Below the pieces are notes generated by a model, which was given only the letters and a program-made list of their open reading frames with translations, had not been told where the DNA came from and did not search any database. A DNA stretch of 64,000 bases from Glaucostegus cemiculus. Taxonomy: Eukaryota. Shown piece by piece: positions 35,901 through 50,900 of the stretch (the first letter of the stretch is position 1; each line of letters opens with the position of its first letter). A program made the translations under genes and the position numbers. Location: positions 1,798,001 through 1,862,000 of the forward strand of contig CDPCPM010000022.1 of NCBI GenBank assembly GCA_976551045.1, given 5' to 3'.

Positions 35901-38900
35901 NNNNNNNNNNNNNNNNNNNNNNNNNNNNNNNNNNNNNNNNNNNNNNNNNNNNNNNNNNNNNNNNNNNNNNNNNNNNNNNNNNNNNNNNNNNNNNNNNNNN
36001 NNNNNNNNNNNNNNNNNNNNNNNNNNNNNNNNNNNNNNNNNNNNNNNNNNNNNNNNNNNNNNNNNNNNNNNNNNNNNNNNNNNNNNNNNNNNNNNNNNNN
36101 NNNNNNNNNNNNNNNNNNNNNNNNNNNNNNNNNNNNNNNNNNNNNNCAGGATGCCTCGCCATCAGCAGCTACTTTATCACAGACTAATGACAATTCTATG
36201 CAAGGTATTGGTAATAGATGTTGAGAGTATTGTACAGCATTGCAGAGAAAGTCTTATGTTAAGTATACGTGTTGATGTCAACTTAATCTCACTTGCATTT
36301 TGTAGGGATGTAGGTGGAAACAGCTGAGTTGAAGTTAAGTGCTATTATTTTAAATTCCTTAACTTCTCTCTGTGTCATGGAATGGAAGATTGAACAGGTT
36401 AGGACTTTATTCCTTGGAGTGTAGAAGAATGAGGGGAGATTTGATACAGGTTTTCAAAATTGAGGGACATAGACAGTTAAAGTAAGTAGGCTCTTTCCAC
36501 CTAGATCAGGAGAGATAAGTACGAGAGGACATGGCTTTAGGGTGAAAGGGGAAAGGTTTAGGGGGAACTACTTCACTCAGAGTGGTGGGAGTGTGGAACG
36601 GGCTGCCATCTGATGTAGTAAGTGTCGGCTCACTCTTGAGTTTTAAGAATAAATTGGATTGATACATGGACAGGAGAGGTCTGGAGGTTTATGGACTTGG
36701 GTGCAGGTAAATGGGACCAGCAGAATAACATTTCGGCACAGACTAGAAGGTCTGAAAGGCCTGTTTACTGTGCTGTAGTGTTCTATGGTTCTAACGAGTT
36801 TTGTGGTTTTGCAGGTGGTTTGACAAATAATGTTGCCTGCTTGTTGTCTTTCATACCTGGACATAAGCATTAGTATATTTTCCCAAGATCATTCTAGGTT
36901 TAAAAGGATTGTTTCAGCAAGATTTTCAGTTATTAATATTGGGTTCCCTTGTTTGAAACAAGTGTAAATGTATCCCTCAATTTGTGCTTCCTTTGCATTT
37001 CTAGATTTTGGTACAGTAAATCTTCTTTAATATATATTTAAACTATATGGAATATTGCCATGATTTCATTCAATGCTTAGTTGCACTAAGAATCTAGGTG
37101 AAGACCCTCGAGCTGCTGTTGTGGTAGAATGGCTGATGATTTACAATCATTAATGGAAGAGCAGTAAATGCCACATTTGAATTGTACTCCATTATGACAG
37201 ATATTTAAGGTACTATTTCATAAAGCTCAGTAAATATTTATCACAATCAGAAAGAGAAACCATCCAGGGTTGATAAGATCAAGGAAGACATTAAATCAAA
37301 AGCTAAAGCATGCAAAGTGGCAACGTCTAACGGTAGATTAGGTGACTGAATTTTTTAGGAACCAGCAGTAGAAGACCTAAGTAGCTAATAAAGCAGTAAA
37401 AAAATTAACTCAAGCTAAACTGGCATAAAATATCAAAACAAGCAGCAAGAACTTAATGGGTATATAAAAAGGAAGTTGTTGGGCAGGGTAAATATAGGAC
37501 ACCTGTGGAGTGAGACTGGGAAATTAATAATGGGAAGTAAAGAATTAATTTAAACTAATACTTGGCATCAGTCTTCACAGTTGAAAACTGCAAGCATTTC
37601 AAAGATAGTAGATATGTAAGCTTCAAATATTAGGGAAGAACTTGTAACGGTCCCAATCAGAAGGGCCAAAGTATTTGGGGGAGGGGGGAACTAATGGGCT
37701 TGAAGGCAGGAAGTCACCGACAAATGGTGTGCATTCCAGGGTTTTTTAAAAAGTGGGTGCAGAGATAGTATACCCATTGGTTGAAGTTTTTCAAAACTCA
37801 GGACTGGGAAACCTCAGATGTGACTTCCTTGTTCAAGAAGGGAGAGGCACAAAGCAAAAAAAAAGCCAGTTGATTTCTGTTGGAAAGATGCTAGAGTCTA
37901 TAATCAAGGAAAAAAAGTCATTCAGAAATGCTTAATGGTTTGGATACTTCACACTCTGCCCCCTCTAAGTTTGCTGCTGATGCAAATAGGTGGGAGGGCA
38001 TTAGTACAATAAGGATGTTTGGATTCTACATCAGGATATAGATGGGTTGAATGAGTGGGCAAAAACTTGGCAAATAAAGTTTAATGTAAGAAATAGTAAA
38101 TTTGTACAATTTGGTGGGAGGAATCAAAAGGCAGGGTATTTTCTAAATAGAGACAGACAAGTGATTGGAGCACACAAATCCAGGAGATGTCCTTCATAAA
38201 ACAGTTACGTTTAAGTCCAGCAGGTAGTTAGAAGGCAGATGGTACATTGGGCTTCATTGTTAGGGGTTGGAGTTGAAAAATAGAGAAGTAAAGGCAGCCT
38301 CTGGGTTCTAGGGGGGTTGCATTCCTAGAGAACAGTCCAGCTCATGACTTCTATAACATGAATCTCTGTCATCTATACATGCATCAAGAAATGAGAGTTG
38401 TAAGTTTTTCTTTTTTCACATAAATTCTATACGAGCAAATTGTATTCCATGTCATGAATCATTACCCAAAATTTTGAGAATTCCTTAAGGCCAAATTGTC
38501 GTTACCTGAACACATCCTGTGGGGATCACTAGTATTGTTACACTTTTATGGGATAACTGGTGAGGCCATGCCTAGAGTACTGTGCACAGCTTTAGTTCCC
38601 ATAAGAAAAGATCTTTTAGTATTGGGAGTCAGTCCAGAATGCCAATTCTTGTGATGACAGGATTGTCCTCTTGTGAGTAAATAAAGTTAGACTAGTTTGC
38701 AGTTTAAAATGAAGGGTGATCTTACTGAAACCTACAAAATCCTCAGGAGGTGTAACAGGGTAAATGTTGACAAATGGGATAGTCAAATGAGGAAACAGTA
38801 AGGTAAGGGGGCAGTCATTTAAAATATAGGAATTTTTTCTTTTAGAGCATGGCCTCTGGAATTCTCTACCCAGGAGAGTTGTGGAGACTAGATCACTGGA

Positions 38901-41900
38901 TTTACTTAAAGAGGAGATGGATACATTCTTGAACAGTGAGAGGATTGACAGCCATGTGAACTGGCACAGAAGAGGAGTTGAGGAGGGGGTAGATTGTCAT
39001 TGAATGGTGCAAAAGACTCAAGTGGTCTACTTTTTTTTGTATTGTGTTCTTGTTTATGGGTTTCTAAACTAATTGTTATGAACCAAAGTTTAATTGTTCT
39101 AATATGGAGTTAATTCTCAGTTTACAGTAACATTTAAGATGATAGTCATGCTGATCCTTAATGGGCTTTACCTGTACTAATTTATAGAATGGTCCTATTT
39201 TCTTGACTCAGTTTCTGCATGTTGTCAGTTCACTGAAGACATTTTTCTTTTAGCTGCAGCTGTATCTGTGCCAAAGAAGAAGAGGAAAATGAAGGACTTA
39301 AACAAAAAAGAAGCAGTTGGAGATCTACTTGATGCTTTCAAAGAGGTATTTGTACTTAAACATAAAGCAAAACAAGTTAGAAATACTAATTACTGTAGAT
39401 TGCAAAACATGTCTATTGGCAGGGTCATTTGGTGTTAACTTGTGCATTTTTAAAAAAATTCTGCACTGAATTTATTTGGTGCAGGATCCAGATTGTCAGT
39501 GTCTATATAGCACATCTGCTAAGGTATGGAGTAATTAACTCAGCACTGTTTGTGGAATCTCCTAGCTTTTGCACCCAGTACTGAGAGTGTATTCTAATGT
39601 TGATGTTGCTCAGATCCTTTTGTATTTGTGACATCTGGTAAGCTTGTTCTTGTTACCTGATGTGAATGCTGACACTTGCTTTGAGGGAGAGTTGAAAGGG
39701 AATGGGACTGAGGGAAAGAGCAGTTATGAAAGGGGGTCTCAGGGAGGGCTAATTGGGGAACGGGGAAGATCTGGAGGGGTGAGGGGGAACAGGAGTGAGA
39801 GGGTGTGAGCAAGAGAATGTGATTGGTATCCATTTCTCTGGTCAGTGAGTAGGTGTGCACAAGTCCATACAATATTGTCTGGTCTCCAGCTACCTTGGAC
39901 CTCCTTGCCATTGGGCCAAGATGTCATTCTGAACCCTCATGGTAGCCGGAGTGCAATGGCCATAATGTGTTTAAAAGATTAAGCGCACATCTTTGATTCC
40001 TCACAGTATATGTGTGTGCAGTCTTTTGTGTTAATGGTAACTGATGCTGAGAAGTTTGACCTTGCTTTCTGCATCAAGATTTAAATCAAATGCTGATCTG
40101 AATGATAACACCTACTAATTGTGGTCTCGGCCACCTGGACAAGGACCATTAACCTGTGGCCACCTGGACTTGATGGCTGTAAGTGTCTCTATCTCATTTC
40201 AGAGTCTACAGTTGGATGAAATACTGATCCATCTGAGGTTTACTCTGCACATGAAGATTGCTGTGAGGCAGATGGTGTTATTTTGGCTTTGATTCAATAA
40301 GTAAAGTTAAAAGTAGTGCTATTTAATAGAACTCTTAAATCATTTAGTATTTTTCATGTGCAGATTTTGTAACAAAATTATTAAAATCTTGAGTGAGAAT
40401 GAGTTGCTGTATGAAGCCCCTTTGTGGGACACAGATTTTTACATTAAAATAAAAGGGAAACTACCAACCTGTCAGCCTGATGTCATTAGTAGAGAAAATA
40501 CTGAAATTTGGAGTTTTAAGGATGAATCTTGTTGAGTTGATAAGTAGGAACCAGTGGATTTTGTGTATTTGGATTTATTGAAGGCTTTCCTCATGGTTTG
40601 ATGAGCAAGATTATAATAGTAAAGACCTGGTAAAGAGGAATGAAGGGGTCTGTCTCAGATTGGCAGGGATCAGTGCTAGGGCCCTAGTCACAGGTTTGAC
40701 TGAATTGTCAAAAATTTCCAAGTTTTCTGATGGCACATAACTAAGTGGAATTGCAAGTGGTGGACGGTGGAATTGCTGGTCAGAGTCCAAAGAGGCTTTG
40801 TGGGGTTGTAGATGAGCTGAGAGGGTGGGCAAAAGCATGGCAATTTTGTTTTCTAAATTGGTAGAAAAGTAGTTGCTGGTACTTAAGTAATGAGAGGTTG
40901 GGGGAATAGTTGATATTGAAAGGTATCGGGGTGTTATTGTACATGTTACTGAATGCTAATATCCAGCAGACAGAAAGGCAAATTGCATGTTGGCTTTTAT
41001 TGCAGTAGGATTTGAGTACAAGAGCAACAATGTCTTGCTATAGTTGTATATGGCCTTGCTGAGGCCACACCTGGATTTTGTGGATATATTTAAAAACAGC
41101 TTAATCTCTTTTTATACCTACATAAAAGGGTCTACTTGCTATAGAACATAGATTTGCCTCCATCTTTCCTGGAATAGTAGGTCTTGTGTAAGGAGAGTTT
41201 GGCAGTGTCTAATGGGCAGGCTGCAGGGAGGATATCTCCCCTGGTTAAGGGATATAGAACCAGGGGTGCACTCAGTAAAAGGGATAGTCCCTTTAGGACT
41301 GAAAGATTTGTTTAGTGTGATGCATCTTTGGAATTCTTTACCCCATAGGGTTGTGGAGGTTGAGCATTTTCTGGATATTAAAGGAATTGGGGAGATGACA
41401 ATAAGGCAGGAAAACAGTGCTATGAAATCCAATCTAGTGTTTGGGATATACCTCAAATTATCTCAGCAGTCAGTTACTGAAACACAACTTTCATGCTCAA
41501 ATTATTTTTCTGCAGTCTCAAGTGAAAGAGCCTGCAGCTGAGTCTGCTGCCCAGCCTGCAGCCGTCTCTGAAATGACGGAAACAGTTGCTCCAGCTCGTG
41601 ATGAACCAGAGGAAACCTGGGAGGAGAAGGAAGATAAACAAGATGTAGAAAATGTCAAGCCAGATGGAATTAAGTTGTTGGATCAAAAATATCAATATAA
41701 AGAAGGTGAGTTCAGTTTTATTTTTGAACAATCAGAACCAAAACATGAATCTTGTTTATGAGATTGTACCTTTTATCTTGCTGAATGGGAAGTGTTAATC
41801 TTAAAATTGATTACAAAATAGGTAGTTTTTTTTTCCCTTAGTCACTGCTTAATGAAACAGAGCATTATCAAAAGCAAAATAGAAATGGGGGCACAAAGTA

Positions 41901-44900
41901 TCTGGCTATTGTAATTGTATTATTTAGTTAACCACCCTTTTTACTACTTGCTAATTTATTATGTCTCCACAGTACTGTCTCATTAGTACTATTGTATTTT
42001 TGAACATGAGTGCAAATTGCCAGACTCTGCTATCTATGATAGTCTTGTGCTCATCCAGTAACTTGCCTTTTATCCCTTTTGGTTTGGTTGTTTGCCACAA
42101 GGTGGAGATAAACTGACATAAATCTAGATGTTTTAGTTGAATACCGGGTGAAAATATTGCAAGTACTTAAGGTGCTATAGTGTATGCATGTTTCTTCCAC
42201 CCCCCCCCCCCCCCCCCCCCCCTTGAAGATCATTGTACTGAACATTGAGGCAAAACAAAATGTATGGCCATTTAATTTATTTCCAATTACAAATAAGGAA
42301 TCCATTATTTTCATTTAGGTTGGGGAGGTGTGCATAAAATGGAGGAAGAGTGATTCTCCTGTGAAAGTAGCCATGATGTTAATGCCATAAGATTGTTAGC
42401 TGTTTGGAATCAATGACTTGCCCTATTCTATATTATTATGAAAACATTATTGTTGATGCTGGAAATATGAAATAAAGGCTCAAGAAGCAATATGAAATAA
42501 GATATCTTTATTAGTCACATGTACATCGAAACACAGTGAAATGCATCAAGCCAGGCAGCACCTGTGGAGTGCAAAAGAATTAATGTTACAACTTGATTGC
42601 CTTTATCAGAGTAGAAGAGGTTTGAAAGTTTTAAGGTGCCGAGAAAATGGGTGAGAAAAGTGCAAAACAGGTGGACTGTGGTTAGTGGAAGACAAAAGAT
42701 TGATGAAAGGATCATGCAATTATAAGGATAGCTACAGGACAAAAATGTTGATTCTAAAACTGGTGTAAATGGAATAGAAGGATCATTCTCTGTACATCAA
42801 CATAGTGTTATTTGTGGCCCTTTCAAGTTATCTTACAGCCAGTGAGAAATTTTGAAATGTTGCTGTTGTGTCTTAGGAAATATGCATGTAGCAGGCTCCC
42901 ACAAATGACATCATATTATGTCCAGATCATTTATAAATACCATCAAAAATATCAAGATAAATTGTGTGACTACTTTGAAGTAGTGCCTTGGTTATTTATG
43001 CCTATTGAAAAGTAGTGGTTTTGGGTATCGGATATCATCTGTCATTGTTAGGAATAGATAACACTTGAATGTTGCTGATCTGTCTTGATATTTGATACTA
43101 CGGACAAGTAATTTTTTTTGTCACTGATGCTGCTTGATCTGCTGTGCTTTCTCTACAACTCTGACTTGCAAGTTAAAGCCTTTACAATCAGACATTTGGA
43201 TTCATTATCAGAATCTCTTAAGCAACCCTATTTTTCACTTATCAGATATTCCCTTTGAATTAGCTATTCCTCCCTACAGTGTTCTACTTAAAACTAAATT
43301 GTTTTGCTCTTTCCCACTTTTGAAGGGTTTTTGACCTAAAATGTCAATCCCCATTTCTCTTTCCATGGATGTTGCGTGACCTGCTGAGTGTTTCCAAAAC
43401 TTTCTGATATTGTTTCAGATTTCCATAATTCAGTTTTTTGATTTTTTCATAAATTTCGTTTTCAATACTAGCTTTGATTTTGATTCCAAATTGAGGTATA
43501 GTGGGAATTACTTATGGTCTGGTGGTCAGTCAGTGGTCCTACTGCTGGGATTTTCAGTTCTGTTAATGAGCTTTACTCTCTCCAGTGTAATTCTCCAGAG
43601 TAATGAATTTATATGGTTAATATGTACATCACTTGTCTAATTTTGTACCAGATTTCCTTTGGTGCTCATTGTAATGGGTTTATTGTCTCAAGTCTAGAGA
43701 ATTCAAGTACAATTTTTTAATATGTTAAAATATTAACGCCGCTGAAGATGCATCATTTTAATTTCTCAGTTTTTGACATCCAAATGTAATGTCTAATGAT
43801 ACATTGATTTACCATAAGTAACTTGGCAACAAGACACTAAATTAAAAGTCCCAGAAGCCTATGTAATAATGGAGTATACCACCAACTAAGGTATTATAAA
43901 ACAATTGCAAGATCCTACCCAAGACAACAACAAATAAGGGATGGAGTTATCTAATTGGGTTACTGCTGTTGCCGGTTAGGTAAATTTTTGTACTGTGCCT
44001 TGTACTTAATTGAAGATGCATTATTTAATTATTACAGCTCTGATATGTTGGAAATTTGGCTTTTGCAACAGAGGCTTTTCTAGGCTTCCTGGGTTCTTCA
44101 ATCCGGCAAAACTCGCAAATGTTTTTGGTGCTTTTATGCTTTGTCTTGTGGAGGTAGAACTGAGGGCTGTGGACTAGGCAGGCTCCTTTCGAAAAGAGCC
44201 AGAGAGCAGGCTATTGTATGACTTTTGGGAATAAGGAGGGAGTGATGGAAGATGGCTGCAATGTTATATAAAGCTGAAATATTACTATTTTCAATTTTAA
44301 CTATTCTAATTCACCTCATTAGAAAATTGGAAGCCACTTAATCCTGAGGATAAAAAGAAATATGATCGTGAATTTCTCTTGGGGTTCCAGTTCATCTTTG
44401 CTAGTATGCAGAAACCTGAAGGTCTACCAGCAATTAGCGATGTTGTGTTGGATAAGGTATGTTAATTGTTTCAGTGTTAAGCATTTTGAAATGGCAAACT
44501 GAATGTAATGTTTATGTAAATAATCTGTTGACTTTGTAAATTTAAATATCCCCATGCCATTTGCTTTGGCCTTGTAGCACCTTAAGATTACAAGATTTGG
44601 GTGAACGGATGAATGGGAGCGCACCACAAAATTTGATTTTGAAATTTTATTTTCCATTTCCATGTGGTGGGTGATGAGTAAACAAGATGTGGTTCTTTTT
44701 CTGGTTAGGTGTGTAACCATTTCAGTTTAACACCCTTTTAAAGCTGCCACCTTCATGTCATTGTTGCTTTCTGCTCCATCTTCAAGGAGATTTTGTATAT
44801 GTGGCAGTTTGAGGAGTTTTCTGTTGTCTGGGGTGTAATCAGAGGCAGAATTTCCCCATGTTAATGGTATTCTGAACTAAAGTGGAACATATTTTAAAGC

Positions 44901-47900
44901 TGCATCACAAATGCTAATACAGTCACCTGATAACATTTATAGAAACATCAGATGATTTCCTCATTCAGTCAAAAAATCTCTGAACTATCTCCAGACTTGT
45001 GAAGATATTTATGGTTTCTTTAAGAAACATCTCTTCAAACCAGAGAAGTGGAAAAATGAGCGAGGATTGCACCAATGAACAGCTCTGAAAGGAGCACTGC
45101 AACTTTATATTAGGACAGATGCAGTGATCTGGAGTTGCAATCCTCTTCGACATGATTCTCAAAATCAATCTGGAGCCAACCACTGCTCTTGCTTTGTAAA
45201 ATAAAGCTTGTTTTCCAGAGTTCTGTTATATCTTAAAAGGAGTTTTTGATGCAGTGGAAGTTACTTTAATCATCATGTCATTGCCATATGATCTAACTAA
45301 ATCTGTGGAATAGTTGCCCTTAAACTTTACATACATTGTGAGAGTTTCCCATGATCTATTCGGTTGCTTTTAATTCCTCATCTCTGAACACAGATGAACA
45401 ATAAATCTCCTAGTTGCTGATGGGTTGGCTACTCCAATCAGCTGAAACAATTGGATTCTGCTTTCTTGAAATAATGAGTGTTTTGGCAGAAAGATCTTGT
45501 GGTGTTGCTGTGCCCTGTCATTCTGGATTTTTATCATCGGAGTTCCTTTGAATCCAGGTCTCTGACTACTCATTTTGGATTTCTGCACATCAATTTCTAG
45601 TATTTCAGTTCTACAGGAAAGGAACTCAGTTGATTAAAGAAACTTTGAAGGCATGCTTTGACTGAGGCTGAATTTGTATTTCTTTTGGGTGACTCAAATC
45701 AGACTGTTGATACCAGAGCTAAGACTAAAAAAAGTTGAGGCTAAGACTTTCTCCCTCTCCTGTAGAGAGAATACAGAAAGTGACAATAGATGTCATCAAG
45801 CTTCGAGTTTAGTATGTTTCCAGAAACCATAGAGTTAAGAGTGGTACAATGGATAGTTGGGCAGTGGTGAGTTTCTGATTGTTTCATTATTGGATCTTGC
45901 TATACAGCCTGCTCTTTGAGCTGTTCTTTTTGCACCCACCTCCAAACTTTCCTAATAATCCATTAAATTACTTTTCTACGAATGCACTTAGTGGTGTATC
46001 ATAAGTTCCCACGGAATCTGAATGGTCATTGTTCCAGTGTAGGCTAATGAACAGCATTACCTCTTCCGATGGAGTAAGTGTAATAAATGGGTGATTTGTG
46101 TAGATTCAGTGGGCCAAAGAGCCTATTTCTTTGCTGTGTGACTAGCCCAGCACATCACAGCCTTCTGCACTTGATCTTGATTTGAATGACTTAAGATAAT
46201 CAGCCTTTACAGCCTTGTATTTAGCTTTCATTATTCATCATTTTTCCATTTGTGATAATTTCAGATTTCATTCCTCATACCCGCTAGACCTCTGTCAGAT
46301 ATTCCATTTGTTCTTCACTAGTCTTTACCACCTCTTCAAACTGGCACTATCATTTTGTCTTTCAATCTCTCTAGCCCTTCCCCTTTTTAACAGACTTTTA
46401 TTGTCTGCCTTTTTTTCCAACAATAACTCTTGTCAGAACCAGAAAATATTAGAGAAAAATGTTGCCTGAAACACTAACTTTCTCTATCCACAGATGCTGC
46501 CTGATCAGCACTTACTTTTGAACCTGAAGCTACAGTTCATTCAAGTAGATCATAATGTCCACTGTATGAACTGATCTCTTCACTTTCATTATTTTAAAGC
46601 TCATTATTAGTCCATCTGCCAAATTCCCCTCATCCCCCATTTTCGATACCTCCTTGGCTTTTTAGTCAATGATTCAGATTTCTCCCATATCTCAACATTA
46701 ATAATCCCTACTATTTTCCTAAGAGGTTACTCTTAGCATGTCATGACCCAATTTTCAAAGGATCCTGATGGACTGTTGTGCACCATAATACTTCTTTCTT
46801 GCTCTGCCATTTTAAGAGTTTGTGAATATGCATCCTGCGTTCCTTCTGGTCTTGTTTCATCTCTGATGCATTTGTATAATTTAACTAACCATCTAAGTTA
46901 TACTACATTTCTGTATTGGTTTTGCCCAATTACTTTTGCATTTGAAATGTTTCTTATTTCACTATTGTCTGTCCTCAGCGTCTGCTGTTGTCCTCCCTGT
47001 GAACTTTAGCGTAGTATTAAATAGTAATTTCTTATTCATCCACCCTGTTTCCAAAGCCATAGAACATTGAGGTACTGTTCTGCCAGTTCCTCTTTTTTGC
47101 CTAATGATCCTGTCTAAGTACCACTGCATACTGTTTTCCTTTCAGGAAATCGCCATTCCAAAGTTATTCAAATTTTTGTATATATGGCATCCTGCCTTAA
47201 CAAAGTAGATCTTTTAATAAGCCTTGGCTGGCCTTGATTGACCATGTTTTTTCAAGTAAAGATTAATTCTGTTCTAAGTGCTAATTGTTTTCCTCCAATA
47301 ATAATGGCCTGCAGTTACCAGGTTTACCCCTTCTGCCTTTATGAATAGAGATGCAGCATTTGCATTTATCCTGTCATGGCATCATTTGAGTTTCCTTGGA
47401 GGTTTGAAGGTCAGTTTTTGAGGTCCCTACCCCTGCATCCATTAACAGCCTGTTTCAAACTGGAGCCTGTAGTATGGAAATTGGGTCCACATTGTGCTCT
47501 GCTTTCAAATTTCCATTCCATTCAAAGTAACTGGAGTCAGATGTAGTGTACATTTAGTTGCTGTGGTACATGTGTGTTTGGCTCAGGCTGCAGATTGTAA
47601 TGCTGATACCAGCTATCAACTTTTTTAATCCAATATCTCGTTATTCCATGCCTCTCTTCAACTTTTGCAGTTTTCTTGAAGAAAGTCCCTAACAATTGAC
47701 CAGTACCTTAGTCCTGCAGTGTGCTTTCCAAGATAATTTCATTTTTTTTAAAACCCTAATTTGTCCCACTGTTTAATTATCTATTTTCAATATTAAAAAG
47801 ATAAACTGTTGGAGTATTCTAATTGATCTGCTAGGTCTTCAGTCCAGGAACACATTTTCTCAAATCTGGTTTTTATGTGGAACAAATCTTTGTTGATCTT

Positions 47901-50900
47901 TGATATAAATTACATTTTTCTTGGGTTACATTTTATTTTTGAAAGTTAATGAATTGAGATGTGATAATATTGTAGCAAGAAAGGTATTATCAAGCAAAGT
48001 TAAAACAGCACAATAATATGGTTCTAAACCACTCCAGGTCAGAAGGAGAATGAGCAGTAGACAGGAAAGGATCTTTGTATGTGGAGGTTGAGCTTCTCTC
48101 AAAGAATGAGGAATACTCTGCCTGTGGTGAGTAATGGTTCATTCCTCCATTTTTTTTTTCAACCTCCACATCCAAATAAGCTGAGGATCTTTTGCCTATG
48201 TCTCGGTTAATTTGAAATTGAGTATCAAGTTTATCGTGCTTTATTTATAAAATAAAAAAAGCATGATAATACTTTAAAGTGTAACTGCTCCATTCTCCAA
48301 TTATTGATTATTCCCTGTTTTAAGACAGTTAAAAGGTGGCTAATACAGAGGTATCCATCTTATGTTTGGGCACTAGAGACGCAGGGCATATGGTTAGATA
48401 AGTAGGATTGATAAAGGCGTGAAGCAGGGCATGTGATCAGGGCTATGGGACAGAGGGGCTGGGGTGGGTATAATTTTCAAGGAGCAAAAGGGGCAGATAA
48501 TCAATGAAGGTTGAAAGTTAGTGGAGGAAGATGGTTGCCAGACACCCCAGCAGCAGCCCTCATGCATGTTAGAATTTTGTTCATGTGAAGTCAAACCATT
48601 GTGTGCCATTTTATGTGGCAAGAACACTAACACATGCCATGGTCAATGTGTATAGAAATGCTGGCAGCAAGTTTGGCCTACAGCCTTCTTCCTTGACATG
48701 AAAATAGTCCTCTAACCAAGTTTGGGCACCTCTGGGTAGTATCTGTAAACTTGTCTTTGGTAAAGCCAGAATGTTTGAATTTTATTTGACTTTGATTTCT
48801 TGCAGTTGATGTTTTAAGTAGCAACATTTGTGATGTAAAGCACAGGGTTACCTTGGGTAACTGATCTTGCTTTGTAAGTGATTTTAAATTATGTTCTGTT
48901 TGATACACCCAATTGATGGGTATTTGATGTTTTATTATACAGGCAAACAAGACTCCACTTCGTCCTCTTGATCCAAGCAGACTGACTAGTATGAACTGTG
49001 GACCGGACTTCACTCCGCCCTTCGCACAAATAGGACGACAACAGATTGGAAGAGGGCCAGTAAGTTTAAACCTTTTGAAACTATGATCAAGCAATATTAA
49101 CATCAAATATTTGAAGGTGGTAACATCTTGCAAAAGTTACTAATATTTCAGAATTTGATTTCTTGAACACTGGTGACAAATTCAAAAAGCTGCTGTTTGA
49201 TATAACTAATCAGAATTCTGCATGCAATTGAATTCTTGGTATTCCTAAGCATTTTAATGAACCAAACAGCTTAAATGTACTTTGGTTAACCTTTTGAAGC
49301 AATATAGTGTTCCTGTTAATGTCAGAGCTTCCCTATAAGAAGTTGTACACTTTGAAGCTGATAAACCTTGGTAGAAATGCTAATGTTGCTACTTTTGAGT
49401 TAAAAATAATAGAAAACTATTAGTGTAGAAGTATATGTATTGTAGTATATGTAGAAGACTGTGTGCATAGAAAATGGACATGGGAGTAAGCTGCATAATT
49501 CCTCTCCTCTGTTATCCTGTATTTTCAGTTTCCTGGCTGATTCCCATATCCCATTTTGATCTTTAATCTTGAATATACTCAGCAACTACCTTGAGCATAG
49601 AAAAGTATATTCCCTATCTCCTATAGAAGTCTTAAATCACTGAACTCTTGTCCTAATATTTTTTGCACTCCTTAGGCAGAGGAAATAAACTTTTAATTTT
49701 GCTCCAATGAAGTCATCTAAACTTTAGAGTGCATAGATATAGAGACTTAAATTGTATAGTACACCTAATACGGTCTTGCCAAAGTCCGATACAATTTCAA
49801 CAAGACAATGTTACAAGTAGGCCTTTACTGCAAGGGGGTCCCAATTTGTTGGATTTTAGTCCCCTTAGATCACTTGAATAATTAGTGAATTTTTTTTTTG
49901 ATTGCCAAGTGTGTGTGCTTTTTGTATCTTTTAATGTATAAGTGTGCAAGATAGTACAATTCTTCCATAAAGTACATAAGACTATTATGTGATTCCATGG
50001 ATGATGGCTCCAGATCTGTATCTCCAGATTCTGCATTCGTGCATATTTAGGAACTTGGTAGATGTATGCAAATTCTGGTTTAGCTTTTCATGTGGTTAAT
50101 GCATGGATAGAATGCTTATCAGTATCTTGACTATCCTCCATTATTGGAGTTGAAAACTGAAGCAAGGAGAAATTTCACTTAACCCAACCTTATAACCTCC
50201 TAATTTATAACCTCTCCTAGCCTACATGCTAGTATGCCCTGACAAGTTTTGATCTATCGTCCTCACAACTGTGTAATATGTAAAAAAAAAATTAATTACA
50301 AGCTGGGATTCCTAAATAGTGCTCATCTTTCTGTGAGCTTTGGGTGCTTTCTCCCCACTCTGTTTGGCTCTTTCTTGCCTCTCATTTTCCTGAACCAAGT
50401 AGCTGACAGTCACTTGATGCAAGTTATTTCCAAAACTAAATAGCAATATGATATGTTATTGCTTATCTGTGCCTGGTCCCCATTTGGGCTGAATGCTGAA
50501 TTAGCACTGGCAAGCAACCGTGATAAAGTTAATCGTATTCCTAACCTTTTGAGAAGCCAAATATATTGGAACACCTGCTACTTCATGCTGAGCATCATCA
50601 CTTGTTTTAAATTGCTGGCCTCAGATGATGCCTAACAATTTTATTTGATAATTTATTCTTTGATTTTGTGTTGTTCAGAATTGCCTCTTATTATGTACCT
50701 GATTTGAATTAATAGTTTAGTCCCAGCACAATAGAAGCATTTTTCCTCAAAGACCAATTATATGCGTTCTCAATTTTTTTAGCCTTCAGTTGTGGGCCCG
50801 CGAAGATCTCAGCCAGGTCAGAGAAAAGAACCTCGTAAAATTATTGCAACTGTATCGCTAAATGATGACATACAACTTAAGAAGGCAGACAATGCTTGGA

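Noticed and set aside
35756-36327. Several long ORFs spanning the gap in other frames
   Set aside because: They are artefacts of the N run, which contains no stop codons.
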